From: Hadesarchaea archaeon
GTDB taxonomy: Archaea > Hadarchaeota > Hadarchaeia > Hadarchaeales > Hadarchaeaceae
Length of the DNA: 64,000 bases
Direction of reading: 5' to 3'
Assembly: GCA_029259175.1 (NCBI GenBank)
Contig: JAPDJH010000004.1
Span: forward strand, 96,001 to 160,000
Shown: one piece after another, positions 21,230 through 31,412 of the stretch
Layout of the letters: each line of letters starts with the position of its first letter
Numbering within the stretch: the stretch's first letter is position 1
Notes under the pieces: generated by a model
The model's database searches: none
Told to the model about the DNA's origin: nothing
Seen by the model: the letters and a program-made list of their open reading frames with translations, nothing else
Program-made: the position numbers and the translations under genes

Positions 21230-21769
21230 ATGAAAAGCTCGGAAAATGAGGAAAAAAGAGCATCTGCTGTGAAAGACGCTCTGTTTTCCCACCTGGCTCG
21301 TTTGGCAAACATGCAGGACTTCATCATCTCCCAGCGCACGGAGGCCTCCCTCTTTACCATATCCGATCCACGCGTGCGCCGAGCGATGCTCGCGATTCTC
21401 GTCGACAGCCGTGAGCACTACATGGCGCTGATTCGAACAGTCCCGGGAATCGAAGAACTGCGCGACAGCAGACGCGGTGCATCCGTGCTCCGACTGCCGA
21501 TAAAAGAGGGTGAAACAGAAGAAGAAATCCTGGTCCACCAACTGAACGTGTTGAAAAGCTTGGAAATTTCGTGGGAGCTTGTCTTGAAGTTTTTGGATTT
21601 GATCGCCGAACGCGAATTCGTTGATAACGGTGTTTACATCCGAGCGGCCAAGCTCCGGCGGCTGGCCCGAACAATACTGCGAAGACATCGAGAAAACATC
21701 CGCGTGATTGAACGTGCTCTAAAGCTATACCGCGAAGGCCACATCCGTATCAGGACTTCACGAGGTTAG
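21230..21769 (+). CDS. Hypothetical protein (possibly ferritin-like helical bundle)
   Basis: Helical ORF with DSREH motif; plausible coding frame. Confidence 0.45.
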   Translation: MKSSENEEKRASAVKDALFSHLARLANMQDFIISQRTEASLFTISDPRVRRAMLAILVDSREHYMALIRTVPGIEELRDSRRGASVLRLPIKEGETEEEILVHQLNVLKSLEISWELVLKFLDLIAEREFVDNGVYIRAAKLRRLARTILRRHRENIRVIERALKLYREGHIRIRTSRG

Positions 21770-23349
21770 GTCTCGCACACCTCTCTGAAACGTCTGATGA
21801 CGAACTCTCTCTCAAGGGCAGACAAAAACGCTCCAGCACGTGGCCCCGATGGGCGTCCCAGGAGTGCGAGATAGATGGCTCGAAAAAGCGCGGGTGGTTC
21901 GATGTTTTGCTCCCGGGCAACATCGTAGATCAGATTGTGTATGGAGAGAGGAGAGAACTCAGCCTCGGCCAAGCGGCGGGCAAGAGAGAGAAGGCTTTCC
22001 CGCTGTTTCTGGGACAGCTCTATCCGAGGTGGTTTTTCCAGAACTTTGAAGCGCAGGTGCTCTGGAGCGTAAAGTTCGACCCAACGCTTTGCGCGCTCTA
22101 TGCGCCTGATGGCGAGTTGGATGTCTTGGTCCGAAGGCTGTTTCAGAATCCCTCGGGTCTCCAAGATTTCCAAGATGCGTTCTCTGGTGGGCGCCACCTG
22201 ACAGAGAATCGCTGCGAAGCGGAAGGAGACGCGCTGTGGCATTTGCTCGGGAACGTCATCTGTTTGCGAGAGCTCGTAGATCCGCTTCACCTGTTCTATT
22301 CTCGACTCTGGGAGAGTGGCTTTTCCGAAGTACACCTGCTCGGCGAGGTCGTATTCATCATAGAGATCCGGGAGAGCTGATGGGTCGAACTCTTTGGCTT
22401 TGAGGGGCTTGCTGCGAAAGATGAAGTAACGGAGAAGCTCGGGTTCCGCGATGTCCAGCCACTGACGCAAAGTGAACACAATCCCCTTGGACGACGAGAG
22501 CTGGACTCCACGCATGCCCACCCACTCGTAGGGGACTGGGTATGGGGGGTCGTACTCAAAAATCTGCTTGGATATGAGTTTGCCAGTGTCATAACTTCCA
22601 CCGGAAGCGGCGTGATCTTTGCCAAAGGGCTCGCACGTCACTCCTAACAGCTTCCAGCGGGCCGGCCACTCCACCCGCCACGTCAGTTTTCCTTCACCCT
22701 TGGTATAATCGGCTTCTCCCTCGTGGCCACACCCGCTCACATAGTCGGTTCCCTCGCACCGGTATCTCACTTTCGTGCCACTCCAATCGATTGCGCGAGT
22801 CGTGGATATCCTGCCGCACTGGTGACAGAGGGGGTCATAGGGAAGCCAGTCATCGGGAAGGGGTTGGTTGCGGAAGCGGTTCAGGATTTCGCGGATCTCG
22901 TCTGCCCGCTCGAGGGCCGTTCGGATGAGCTCAGACATCCGGCCGCTGCGGTACACATCGGCCGCCGAGTAAATCTCTACGTTGATCCCAAACTCTCTAA
23001 GCGATTCCACAAACGGGCGGGAAAAATAATCGACGAAGTTCCTGTACTCCGGACTGGGGGATGGGATGTTGGCGTACGGCACTCCCAAATATTGTTTGTA
23101 CCGTTCCGCTTCTTCCCCTTGGTTGAGAGGCCACGGGACACGACGCAGCGGATCGTAGTCGTCTGCGTACCAGATGGCCTTGGCTTTTGCCCCTCGCTCA
23201 ACGAGTGCCCTCCGTATAGCGTCTGCAATGAACACGTCATTTGCATGCCCGATGTGGATGTGCCCAGAGATGGAGATCCCGCTGGCCACCGTGTGCTCGT
23301 CTCCGCGTTTGAGCAGAGCTTCGGCGATGCGATCCACCCAGTGCATCAC
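21766..23349 (-). CDS. lysS: Lysyl-tRNA synthetase class I
   Basis: MHW start, GHIHIG, KLTWRVEWP, EPFGKDH, LSSSKG. Confidence 0.96.
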   Translation of the reverse strand: MMHWVDRIAEALLKRGDEHTVASGISISGHIHIGHANDVFIADAIRRALVERGAKAKAIWYADDYDPLRRVPWPLNQGEEAERYKQYLGVPYANIPSPSPEYRNFVDYFSRPFVESLREFGINVEIYSAADVYRSGRMSELIRTALERADEIREILNRFRNQPLPDDWLPYDPLCHQCGRISTTRAIDWSGTKVRYRCEGTDYVSGCGHEGEADYTKGEGKLTWRVEWPARWKLLGVTCEPFGKDHAASGGSYDTGKLISKQIFEYDPPYPVPYEWVGMRGVQLSSSKGIVFTLRQWLDIAEPELLRYFIFRSKPLKAKEFDPSALPDLYDEYDLAEQVYFGKATLPESRIEQVKRIYELSQTDDVPEQMPQRVSFRFAAILCQVAPTRERILEILETRGILKQPSDQDIQLAIRRIERAKRWVELYAPEHLRFKVLEKPPRIELSQKQRESLLSLARRLAEAEFSPLSIHNLIYDVAREQNIEPPALFRAIYLALLGRPSGPRAGAFLSALEREFVIRRFREVCET

Positions 23350-23428
23350 TCAAGTCTGGTTTGGTAGGACTAAAACTTTAAGGTACTGCGATGATCGCAT
23401 CTAAAATTTTCAAGGTTCAAGTTTTAAG

Positions 23429-23446
23429 GTAATACAATAGTATTAC
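23429..23446. promoter_or_regulatory. Palindromic operator GTAATAC-N4-GTATTAC upstream of the RHH antitoxin
   Basis: Perfect 7-bp inverted repeat between a TTTTAA box and the ATG. Confidence 0.5.
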
Positions 23447-23456
23447 TATCGGGAGC

Positions 23457-23687
23457 ATGAAAGTCATTACTGCGAAGATTCCTGAAAGACTGAGCAAGAG
23501 AATGGAAAAACTGATGAAAGAGCGTGGTTATCCTTCCCAGTCCGAACTGCTTCGAGACGCGATAAGAAGACTATTGGAGCCCGAACTTGACGAGAAAATA
23601 GTTAGAGAGATTATAATCGCGAGGGAACAAATAAAACGTGGAAAAACTGTTTCATTTGAAGAAATTGAGAAAAGTTTGGAAGAATAG
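23457..23687 (+). CDS. Ribbon-helix-helix antitoxin
   Basis: ITAKIPE...YPSQSELLRDAIRRL, GKTVSFEE tail. Confidence 0.85.
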   Translation: MKVITAKIPERLSKRMEKLMKERGYPSQSELLRDAIRRLLEPELDEKIVREIIIAREQIKRGKTVSFEEIEKSLEE

Positions 23688-23694
23688 TAAGCAA

Positions 23695-23964
23695 ATGTAC
23701 TATATCGAATTTTCAGAGTTAGCGAAGAGAAAATTCGAAAAGCTAGGGAGGGCGATTCAGGTAAGGATTGTAAAAAAGCTTCGGCAGATACGAGCAATGG
23801 ATAATCCTTATAGATTTTTCGAGCCGTTGAAAGGGGTTTCGGCTAGAAAAGCCAGGGTAGGGAATTATCGAATCATCGCAGACATCGATGTGAAAAATAA
23901 GAAGATTTACGTTTTAACGATCGGTCATAGAAAGGAAATTTACAAGAAATTGCACAAGAAATGA
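23695..23964 (+). CDS. RelE/ParE toxin
   Basis: YIEFSE.A, RVGNYRII, IGHRKEIY. Confidence 0.9.
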   Translation: MYYIEFSELAKRKFEKLGRAIQVRIVKKLRQIRAMDNPYRFFEPLKGVSARKARVGNYRIIADIDVKNKKIYVLTIGHRKEIYKKLHKK

Positions 23965-24007
23965 GGTTTGAAAGCGTTTATTTAGTTCCATCCCCTCGAG
24001 GTATTGT

Positions 24008-25183
24008 ATGAGGCCAGCATCCAAAATGCAGCAGATCCCTCCGTCGAGCACTCTCCGCGTGCTCGGGCTCGCAAAGGAAATGGAGCGCAAGGGAAAACGC
24101 GTGCTCCATCTCGAAGTTGGGGAACCGGACTTTGACACCCCAGAACACATCAAGCAGGCAGCAAACGAAGCACTGCGCAAGGGGATGACCAAATACACTC
24201 CCAGTCAAGGGATGGTAGAGCTCCGAGAGGCTATCGCCGAAGATATTCGAAAGCGCGGTTTTGACGCAGATCCAGCAAACATCATAGTGACCCCTGGTGC
24301 GAAACACGCCATCTTCTGCGCTCTCGTGGCGGCGCTCGACCCGGGGGATGAAGTCATAATCCCTAGCCCGTGCTGGACCTACAAGGCCATGGTTCAGCTG
24401 GCTGGCGGCAAGCCGGTGTTCGTCGAAACGAAAGCAGAGGAGGGATTCGTCCCGGATCCGGAGCGAGTGTTGGAAGCCATCACTCCAAAAACCAGGATGC
24501 TTTTGCTCAACTATCCGAGCAATCCCACGGGAGCCGTTCTCGACCGCGCGCAGCTGAAACCGCTCGTGGATATTGCTATCGATAAGGGTTTCTGGATTCT
24601 CTCCGACGAAATCTATGATCGTCTCGTCTACGAGGGGGAACACGTGAGCCCCTTGTCCCTCGACGGAGCTGCCGAGTGCACGATTTACATCAACGGATTT
24701 TCGAAAACTTATGCAATGACGGGATGGCGACTGGGCTACGCCATGGCTCCCAAGGATCTCGTGACCGAGATGGTAAAGATACAGCAGGCATCGACCTCCT
24801 GTGTTCCAGCATTCGTGCAAATGGCCGGGATAGCTGCCTTGCGTGGTCCCCAGGACTCAGTCGAGCAAATGCGCAGCGAGTATCAAAAAAGGCGTGATCT
24901 GATCGTCAAGCACTTGGATGCCATAGAGGGCATTTCTTGTTTCAAGCCCCGAGGGGCGTTCTACGTCTTCCCGAGCATCAAGGAGCTCGGCATCCCGTCG
25001 CTGGAGTTCTGCGAGAAACTATTGAAGGAAAAGGGAGTGGCAGTAGTGCCCGGAAGCGGATTCGGTCCTTTTGGCAAAGGACACGTCCGATTCAGCTACG
25101 CGACGTCTCCCGCTGTGATAGAAGAGGCGATGGCCCTAGTCAAGGAGCTGGTGGAGGAGATTCGGGCTGGTAAGAAGCGCTGA
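24008..25183 (+). CDS. PLP-dependent aminotransferase class I/II (aspartate aminotransferase-like)
   Basis: GEPDFDTP, NYPSNPTG, SDEIY, FSKTYAMTGWRLG. Confidence 0.94.
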   Translation: MRPASKMQQIPPSSTLRVLGLAKEMERKGKRVLHLEVGEPDFDTPEHIKQAANEALRKGMTKYTPSQGMVELREAIAEDIRKRGFDADPANIIVTPGAKHAIFCALVAALDPGDEVIIPSPCWTYKAMVQLAGGKPVFVETKAEEGFVPDPERVLEAITPKTRMLLLNYPSNPTGAVLDRAQLKPLVDIAIDKGFWILSDEIYDRLVYEGEHVSPLSLDGAAECTIYINGFSKTYAMTGWRLGYAMAPKDLVTEMVKIQQASTSCVPAFVQMAGIAALRGPQDSVEQMRSEYQKRRDLIVKHLDAIEGISCFKPRGAFYVFPSIKELGIPSLEFCEKLLKEKGVAVVPGSGFGPFGKGHVRFSYATSPAVIEEAMALVKELVEEIRAGKKR

Positions 25184-25802
25184 GAATTGTGCGAATCTCG
25201 CGGGCTTTCTTTCTGCCGATCCCTTCCACTTCCATCAATTGCTTTTCTGTTGCCATCATCACAGCTTGGACGGATCCGAAATGCCGGAGCAAGCGGTCCG
25301 CCAAAACGGCTGAGACCCCCGGCAGCCCTTCCACAATGAAGCGCTGGAGCTGTGCGACCGAAAGCGGGATGCGCTTCGGCCTAAGCGGTGGCTCACGAGG
25401 CGGTTTTTCTATCCTCTTTGCGAGAGTGGCCAGCAGATGGGCGGTATCGGTTTCATCCTCCGTGGGGATTATCGAAACACCAAAATCCACGGTGATGGCC
25501 GCCATCGCTCCCCGAATAGCGTTGGGATGCACATCGCGCATGGTATAGAGTCCTGCGCCCTCGAGAATCAGAAGCGGACGTTCAAAGTTTTCCGCCAGCA
25601 ACTTGGCTTGATTGAGCAAACGGCCGTCGATGAGAGATTGGAGGAAGTCCCACACGGTCTTTCTCTCAACGCCTATGTGTGTAGAAACTATGAAGTCCGC
25701 CACGGGAAGCTGTCGGATCTCCACTTCGACTCCCAGTTCGCGCAAGCGTTCGATAAGAAACGGGCTCTCGCGGTGATCGGCGACGATTTTCATTTTGGCC
25801 AC
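25140..25802 (-). CDS. ERCC4/XPF nuclease with HhH2 domain (short form)
   Basis: ADHRE, ADF, VERKT..DFLQSLIDGRL, LPGVS/VEGIG HhH. Confidence 0.9.
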   Translation of the reverse strand: MAKMKIVADHRESPFLIERLRELGVEVEIRQLPVADFIVSTHIGVERKTVWDFLQSLIDGRLLNQAKLLAENFERPLLILEGAGLYTMRDVHPNAIRGAMAAITVDFGVSIIPTEDETDTAHLLATLAKRIEKPPREPPLRPKRIPLSVAQLQRFIVEGLPGVSAVLADRLLRHFGSVQAVMMATEKQLMEVEGIGRKKAREIRTILSASYQPESPPPAP

Positions 25803-25869
25803 TCTCCCATCACTCCTAGAACCGCTCTTTTATATGATGCCACGACGCCTGAGAACAAAAACACCGGAT

Positions 25870-26145
25870 TTACGCCGCCAGCAAGGTATACGTCCATATC
25901 CACACAACAAGCCAGCAAACGAAGGTCGGAAAGAATCCGGTTTTGAGTATGGTGCTTCTAGAAATTTCCGATGGCTGTATTTTGAGAATCTGATAGGTCT
26001 GCTTGTAGGTGACATAGAAAAGACCCAACATCAAAAGGAAATCCAGCCAGCCGTTCGGGATGAATCCAGAGATTACTCCCGCCAGCACGCCTATCGCGGT
26101 AAAGAGAAGCACTACTCTCTGCCGTACGGTCAGCGCTTTCAGCAT
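25870..26145 (-). CDS. Small 3-TM membrane protein (EMC6-like)
   Basis: Three hydrophobic segments, C-terminal F..WLVVWIWTYTL. Confidence 0.6.
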   Translation of the reverse strand: MLKALTVRQRVVLLFTAIGVLAGVISGFIPNGWLDFLLMLGLFYVTYKQTYQILKIQPSEISRSTILKTGFFPTFVCWLVVWIWTYTLLAA

Positions 26146-26198
26146 CCTCTCTTACTCCTCCTCAGATGTTTTATACTCTTACCACGACCCATCATCGA

Positions 26199-27482
26199 AT
26201 GCGTGCGTGTCAACTCCTTCCGGGCGTGGTAGTTGCAGCGGTTGTCTCGGCGGTCGTTGTTGTGCTCGTCCCGATGCCACCAGATGTGACCACTTACTCC
26301 TTCCTCGGCAGCAACACGTTTCGCGACAATGTCTGGGCTGAGATCGTCGAAACGGCTCCCGAGGAGCTGGACAACCCACAGATCCGCAATATTGCGGACG
26401 TGATTTTGGAGTTGTTTACTGAAGCGGAGAACTTTATCGACATGGAGGTCTACACCATCTATGCGAGCGATTCCAGTCCTCTTTCCGATATTCATTCGGC
26501 ACTCTTTGATGCCGCGGGGCGGGGCGTCCACGTGCGGATTTTCATCGACAACGAAATCTTTCACGATCTCTATGAGTCAGAAAAAACTCTTTTCGACAAT
26601 TTGCTCAGCAACGAAAATATCGAACTAAAAACATCCCCTTGGCCGATGCACTCCAAAATGATCGTGGTTGACAATCAGGAAGCCTTGGTGAGCAGCGCCA
26701 ATCTTAGCTGGAGCGCCATGACATCGGATCGTGAGATTGCTGTTTATCTTCGCGGTGAAATCATCGTGCGCGCGTTGGACGCTATTTTTGAGAGCGGATG
26801 GTATGATTCTCCGTCCACTCTTTACGAAAACGGCTGGCCTCTGGAGTGGATCAAGCCCGTGGTCACTCCGGTGGGGTCACCCGAGTGGGCTCCAGAGACC
26901 TTGGATGTGATCACCGGGCTGATCGGCTCGGCCTCTTCAACCATCCATGCACCGGTCTACGCGTACTCCGGTTTTCCCCCTTCGCTTCGCAATTCTCTGA
27001 ACCAAGCGGCTGCTCATGGGGTAGAACTCAGGATGATTGTCGACCACTGGTATACCGGCCTAAACGATTTTCCCTATCTCTACGAGTTGGGATCAAAACC
27101 CTCAGTTGGAATAAAGGCGGCGACCTTGCCCTATGCCGCTTATCACACCAAATCGGTTGTGGTTGACGGCCGCCGAGGCTACGTGGGAAGCGCCAACTGG
27201 TCAAACGCTTCGATGACGTGGAGGCGAGAAATCGGCATCTGCTTCGATGACGAGAACCTAGCATCTGCGGTTGAGGAGATATTCCAAACTGATTGGAACA
27301 GCTCCTACGTAAGCTGGGTTGCCCGCCCAGAGCTCCCATCGGCTCTTCCCATCGGGATCTCCACTTTCGTAATTGTCTTCTCCATGCTGTTTTTACATCA
27401 GTGGTTGAGAGAACGAAAAAGACAAAAGCAGCGCCGGAAGTGGATCGCAGAACTGTGGGCTTCTTCTCGCTCCGAGTTGTGA
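26199..27482 (+). CDS. Phospholipase D-family protein, membrane anchored
   Basis: Two HKD motifs (HSKMIVVD...SSANLS; HTKSVVVD...GSANWS), N- and C-terminal hydrophobic segments. Confidence 0.88.
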   Translation: MRACQLLPGVVVAAVVSAVVVVLVPMPPDVTTYSFLGSNTFRDNVWAEIVETAPEELDNPQIRNIADVILELFTEAENFIDMEVYTIYASDSSPLSDIHSALFDAAGRGVHVRIFIDNEIFHDLYESEKTLFDNLLSNENIELKTSPWPMHSKMIVVDNQEALVSSANLSWSAMTSDREIAVYLRGEIIVRALDAIFESGWYDSPSTLYENGWPLEWIKPVVTPVGSPEWAPETLDVITGLIGSASSTIHAPVYAYSGFPPSLRNSLNQAAAHGVELRMIVDHWYTGLNDFPYLYELGSKPSVGIKAATLPYAAYHTKSVVVDGRRGYVGSANWSNASMTWRREIGICFDDENLASAVEEIFQTDWNSSYVSWVARPELPSALPIGISTFVIVFSMLFLHQWLRERKRQKQRRKWIAELWASSRSEL

Positions 27483-27483
27483 G

Positions 27484-27560
27484 TGGAGCCCCGGGCGGGA
27501 ATTGAACCCGCGACCTCACGCTTACCAAGCGTGCGCTCTTACCGGCTGAGCTACCGGGGC
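27484..27560 (-). tRNA. tRNA-Thr(GGT), encoded CCA
   Basis: GCCCCGG acceptor, CACGC-TT GGT AA-GCGTG. Confidence 0.96.
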
Positions 27561-27640
27561 CCTATTTTCTGCTAGGACGGACGGATTTGAAAACCTATCG
27601 TCCCGCTAACCTTCTAAACCTCTGAAACATAGTGTTGTTG

Positions 27641-28426
27641 ATGCGAGTAGGAGTCATCGGTGCTGGCAACATGGGGTTGGCCCTGCTCACCGGTTTCACT
27701 CGTGCCCGTTTGCAGACCCGGCATCAGTTCATGGCAAGCGATCCAGATGAAGCGAAGCTGAAGCGGTGCGCGGAACTGGGGGTGCGTGTAAGCTCGGATA
27801 ACCAAGAAGTGGCACGCTGGGCGGATGTAGTGTTTGTAGCTGTCAAGCCCCACGTAGTTGAGAGCGTGTTGCGGTCTCTTGGAGATCAGCTCAAAGGAAA
27901 GCTCGTCATATCGATCGCGGCTGGTGTTCCTCTGGCAAAGCTTGAAGCGTTGACGCCTGCGCGTGTGATACGCCTGATGCCCAATCTCTGCGCTGAGGTG
28001 GGGGAGATGGCGGGATGTTACTGTCTGGGAAACAGAGCGAGCGCTGCGGACGAGCAGATTGTAAAAGAACTGCTCGAGCCCTTGGGGTTGGTCTTGCGAG
28101 TCGAGGAGTCCCTAATGGATGCGGTCACGGCGGTGAGCGGGAGTGGTCCGGCCTTCTTTTGCCACCTGATTCAAGCAGCAAGCGAGGCGGGGACAGAACT
28201 CGGTTTGGAGCCCGACACGGCGAAACAGCTCGCGGCCCAGACAGCCAAGGGAGCGGCTTCTATGATTCTCGCTGGTCATGACCCCGGGGAACTGATAAAA
28301 CGAGTATGTACTCCTGGCGGAACTACTGCAGAGGGGATGAAGGTACTGGAAGAGCGAAAAACCGCCGAGAGCTTGAAAGAGGCCATTAGATCGGCGGCGC
28401 GGCGTGCCAAGGAGCTTTCACGCTAG
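27641..28426 (+). CDS. proC: Pyrroline-5-carboxylate reductase
   Basis: GAGNMG, AVKP, ISIAAG, SGSGPA, VCTPGGTT. Confidence 0.95.
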   Translation: MRVGVIGAGNMGLALLTGFTRARLQTRHQFMASDPDEAKLKRCAELGVRVSSDNQEVARWADVVFVAVKPHVVESVLRSLGDQLKGKLVISIAAGVPLAKLEALTPARVIRLMPNLCAEVGEMAGCYCLGNRASAADEQIVKELLEPLGLVLRVEESLMDAVTAVSGSGPAFFCHLIQAASEAGTELGLEPDTAKQLAAQTAKGAASMILAGHDPGELIKRVCTPGGTTAEGMKVLEERKTAESLKEAIRSAARRAKELSR

Positions 28427-28801
28427 TTCCTCGGAGACCCCCTCTACCGCCTGCTGAACCTCCGCCAGCCGCCGCTTGATAAAAGGCGGCAGATCTTTCG
28501 CTCGCTCGTAAGCTTTCCGGATTTCCTGCATGACTTGCTCGTAGACCTGTTGGGGCGGATTCTCCAGCTTGCGTCTTCGCGTTCGGCGCGTCTCGTAAAC
28601 GACTTCTTCAAACCTGATGGTCTGGATGTTCCAGAGATAATTTCCCAGCAAGACCACCGCTACAACTATCCGCTTGCTCTCCGGATCTTCCACGTGCTTT
28701 TCGGCAAGCAGTGCGGTGTGAGACACGAACCACCCCTGGCGCCCGAGCGTGCCGAGAAACTTGGGGGCGTTGACGCTTCGCCCTATAAGATCGGTTCCCA
28801 T
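28418..28801 (-). CDS. Hypothetical protein
   Basis: Only plausible ORF in the gap; no recognised motif. Confidence 0.5.
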   Translation of the reverse strand: MGTDLIGRSVNAPKFLGTLGRQGWFVSHTALLAEKHVEDPESKRIVVAVVLLGNYLWNIQTIRFEEVVYETRRTRRRKLENPPQQVYEQVMQEIRKAYERAKDLPPFIKRRLAEVQQAVEGVSEELA

Positions 28802-29004
28802 GTAAATCCCCACAATTTATGCACGGCTAACATTTAACTCGCTCGGTTAGGGAGTATCAGGGCCAGACATAAGCGAACGCAAAAGTGAAAAACGTCCGCT
28901 CGTCTCCCGCTCCACGAGTTCCTGAAGCGCCAGCGGCTTCGTCGCGTCGCACCTCCCGGAGAAGCTATTTATCCGATCCAAGCCAGAATCATCTGGGGGT
29001 GGAG

Positions 29005-29241
29005 ATGGCAGAGATAGTTGTGCGGATCCCGGAGGAGCTGAAGCAGGAGATGGATAAAATCCCGATAGACTGGTCGAAGGTCGCGCGGAACGCCATCCGC
29101 GAAAAAGTCGTCAGGTGGGTCAAGCTGAAGAAAGCGATATCCGAAAGTAAGCTCACAGAGACCGATGCGCTGGAGTTGGGGAGGAAAGTCAACCAAGCTC
29201 TAGCCCACCGATACCGAAAGCTGTATCCAGAGTTGGAGTAA
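29005..29241 (+). CDS. Antitoxin (RHH/VapB-like)
   Basis: EIVVRIPEELK...IDWSKVARNAI...SKLTETDA; upstream of a PIN gene. Confidence 0.8.
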   Translation: MAEIVVRIPEELKQEMDKIPIDWSKVARNAIREKVVRWVKLKKAISESKLTETDALELGRKVNQALAHRYRKLYPELE

Positions 29242-29244
29242 GGA

Positions 29245-29658
29245 ATGGGAATGTTACTTGTCGTTGATGCAAACATCCTATTTTCGGCGTTGATTTCGCA
29301 CGGAGAGACATTCGACTTGCTGTGTTCTGAAGAGCTCCAGCTCGCCGCTCCGGAGTTTCTGCTGGTGGAGCTGAGCGAGCACAAAGCTGAGATTCTGCAG
29401 AAGTCGTCGCTTCCCGGAACTGTATTTGAGGAGTTTCTGGAGCTGCTCAGGGAGCGGATAGAAATAGTCCCCCATGACGACTTTGGAAATTTCATGTCGG
29501 AGGCAGCAAATTTGAGCCCAGACCCAGATGACATCCCATACATCGCCTTGGCCCTGAAGCTCCGCTGCCCCATCTGGTCACAGGACTCCCGGCTGAAGCG
29601 GCAGTCGAGGGTGCAGGTGTACACGACGCGCGAGCTGCTTGAGCTGCTGGGGTTGTAA
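29245..29658 (+). CDS. PIN-domain toxin
   Basis: VVDANILFSAL, PDPDDIPYIALAL, IWSQD. Confidence 0.9.
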   Translation: MGMLLVVDANILFSALISHGETFDLLCSEELQLAAPEFLLVELSEHKAEILQKSSLPGTVFEEFLELLRERIEIVPHDDFGNFMSEAANLSPDPDDIPYIALALKLRCPIWSQDSRLKRQSRVQVYTTRELLELLGL

Positions 29659-30020
29659 CTAGCTGGTGCCCTCACCCCAGACCACCTCCGAGCAACGGCT
29701 TGACCATCGTTCTCAAGTGCCCGCACTCCCGGGCCTGTCCGGCCTCTGGGGCTCTCCCGCCCGAGCCAGAGCTTCGCCCGTTTGATCCGGCGCAGCATCG
29801 CGTCCGCCGGCTCCACCTGCACCCGGCGCCCGTCCAGCCGCGCTTCCGCCAGCACCATTCCTCTACACCTCCTTTACGCTCCCACCTCCATCATGGGAAT
29901 CCTAAGCGTCACCGCTGTCTGGTTTAGGATGATGGTTCCAAGATCGAGTGAGCTGCAATGAGTTTATGTCGATAAAATTGAACAGTCATCTTAATAAACA
30001 ATCGTTCAATATAATAAACG

Positions 30021-30578
30021 ATGGTTTGGCTCGAGATGTTTAGCGAGTATGCTGGCGTGAGGCTCCTCGAGCAGTTCCTGGCCTCGCCCCGAAAGGAAAT
30101 CCACCTCCGCCAAGCGGCCAAGCTCGCAGGGGTAAGCCCGGGCTCCGCCGGGCGCTACCTGCGCGCCTTCCATGAGGCAGGATTGCTCGAGCGGAGAAGG
30201 CTCGGGAACCTCACGCTGTACCGCGGGAACCTGGAGAACCCGGCCTTCCGCCAGCTCAGGGTTGCGCGCACGGTCTTCCGGTTGCTGCGCTGCGGGCTCG
30301 TGGAGCACCTGGTTTCGGAGGTCAACCCGGTTTCCGTGGTTCTCTTCGGGAGCGCGGCGCGCGGCGATGACGACGAAACCAGCGATCTCGACCTGCTGGT
30401 CGTGTCCAAGCGGAGGCCGGGCGGAATGGAGAGGTTCGAAGAGCGCCTGGGGAGGAAGGTGAACCTCATCCACTACGACCAGAAGGGCTGGAGGCGGAAG
30501 GCGCGCGAGGACAGGCCGTTCTACGAGTCCGTGGTGCTCGAGGGTGTGGTGCTCCACGGTGAGCTACCGGTGATCTAG
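30021..30578 (+). CDS. HTH-fused minimal nucleotidyltransferase (MNT antitoxin)
   Basis: N-terminal wHTH, LFGSAARG.DDETSDLDL. Confidence 0.88.
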   Translation: MVWLEMFSEYAGVRLLEQFLASPRKEIHLRQAAKLAGVSPGSAGRYLRAFHEAGLLERRRLGNLTLYRGNLENPAFRQLRVARTVFRLLRCGLVEHLVSEVNPVSVVLFGSAARGDDDETSDLDLLVVSKRRPGGMERFEERLGRKVNLIHYDQKGWRRKAREDRPFYESVVLEGVVLHGELPVI

Positions 30579-31000
30579 ATGCGCTTCGAGGAGTGTGTGA
30601 AGCAGGGGCTGCTCAGGCGCGCGAGGCCCGACCGGCGCAAGGCCGAGCGGTCGCTACAGATCGCGCGCCAGAGGCTCAGGGAAGCTGCGAGGGCGTCCAG
30701 GAGTTCTACACGGGCGCCTTGGTGCTCTCGTACTCCGCGATGTTTCACGCCGCGCGGGCGCTGCTCTTCAGGGATGGCTGGACCGAGAAAAGCCACGCGT
30801 GCGTCGTCGCGTACCTGCGCGCCCGGTACGTGAGCCGGGGCAAGCTCGAGCGGCGCTACCTCGCGATGCTGGACGCGGCCCGGCTCGAGAGGCACGAGAC
30901 GCTCTACGGGCTCGAGGTGACGGTTGCACGGGAGGATGCGGAACTGACGCTTAGGGCGGCACGCGAGTTCGTGTCAAGGGTCGCAAAATTGATTTCCTGA
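30579..31000 (+). pseudogene. HEPN-domain protein, frameshifted near 30697
   Basis: Frame A MRFEECVKQGLLRR...; frame B YSAMFHAARALL...KSH...RHETLY; the two halves make one HEPN gene. Confidence 0.75.
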
Positions 31001-31240
31001 TTGCTCGCATCAGAAATCATTTACTGGGGTCTCAGTCGCCACCCCATTTCATCTTTTCAATCGATGGGGCGCTTGCCCACGAAACCCCAAAAGAAGTATT
31101 TGACGCACATCTACAAAAACCACTCTGATTTACTGTCTGCCGTTTGGAAATTACATGCATAAAACGGCGATGAATTTTCTCCTGAATCCCGCAGATGAGA
31201 GAGATCGTGTGAATAACACGTGATTTTAGAGGTAAATTAG

Positions 31241-31327
31241 TGCGGGGGGAGGGATTCGAACCCTCGCAGGCCCTACGGCCACAGGATCTTAAGTCCTGCC
31301 CTTTTGGCCAGTCTCAGGCACCCCCGC
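31241..31327 (-). tRNA. tRNA-Leu(TAA)
   Basis: GCGGGGG acceptor, CAGGA-CT TAA GA-TCCTG, long variable arm. Confidence 0.95.
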
Positions 31328-31412
31328 CCGTGTTTAGGTTTCCGCACGTACCATATTATTCTTTTCAATTCCCATTATAGCATGGAGCGATGAGATCTTG
31401 AAGTTCAGCGGA

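Noticed and set aside
28989-29858. 289-aa minus-strand ORF
   Set aside because: Mostly antisense to the antitoxin-PIN pair; only the first ~35 codons look like a gene remnant
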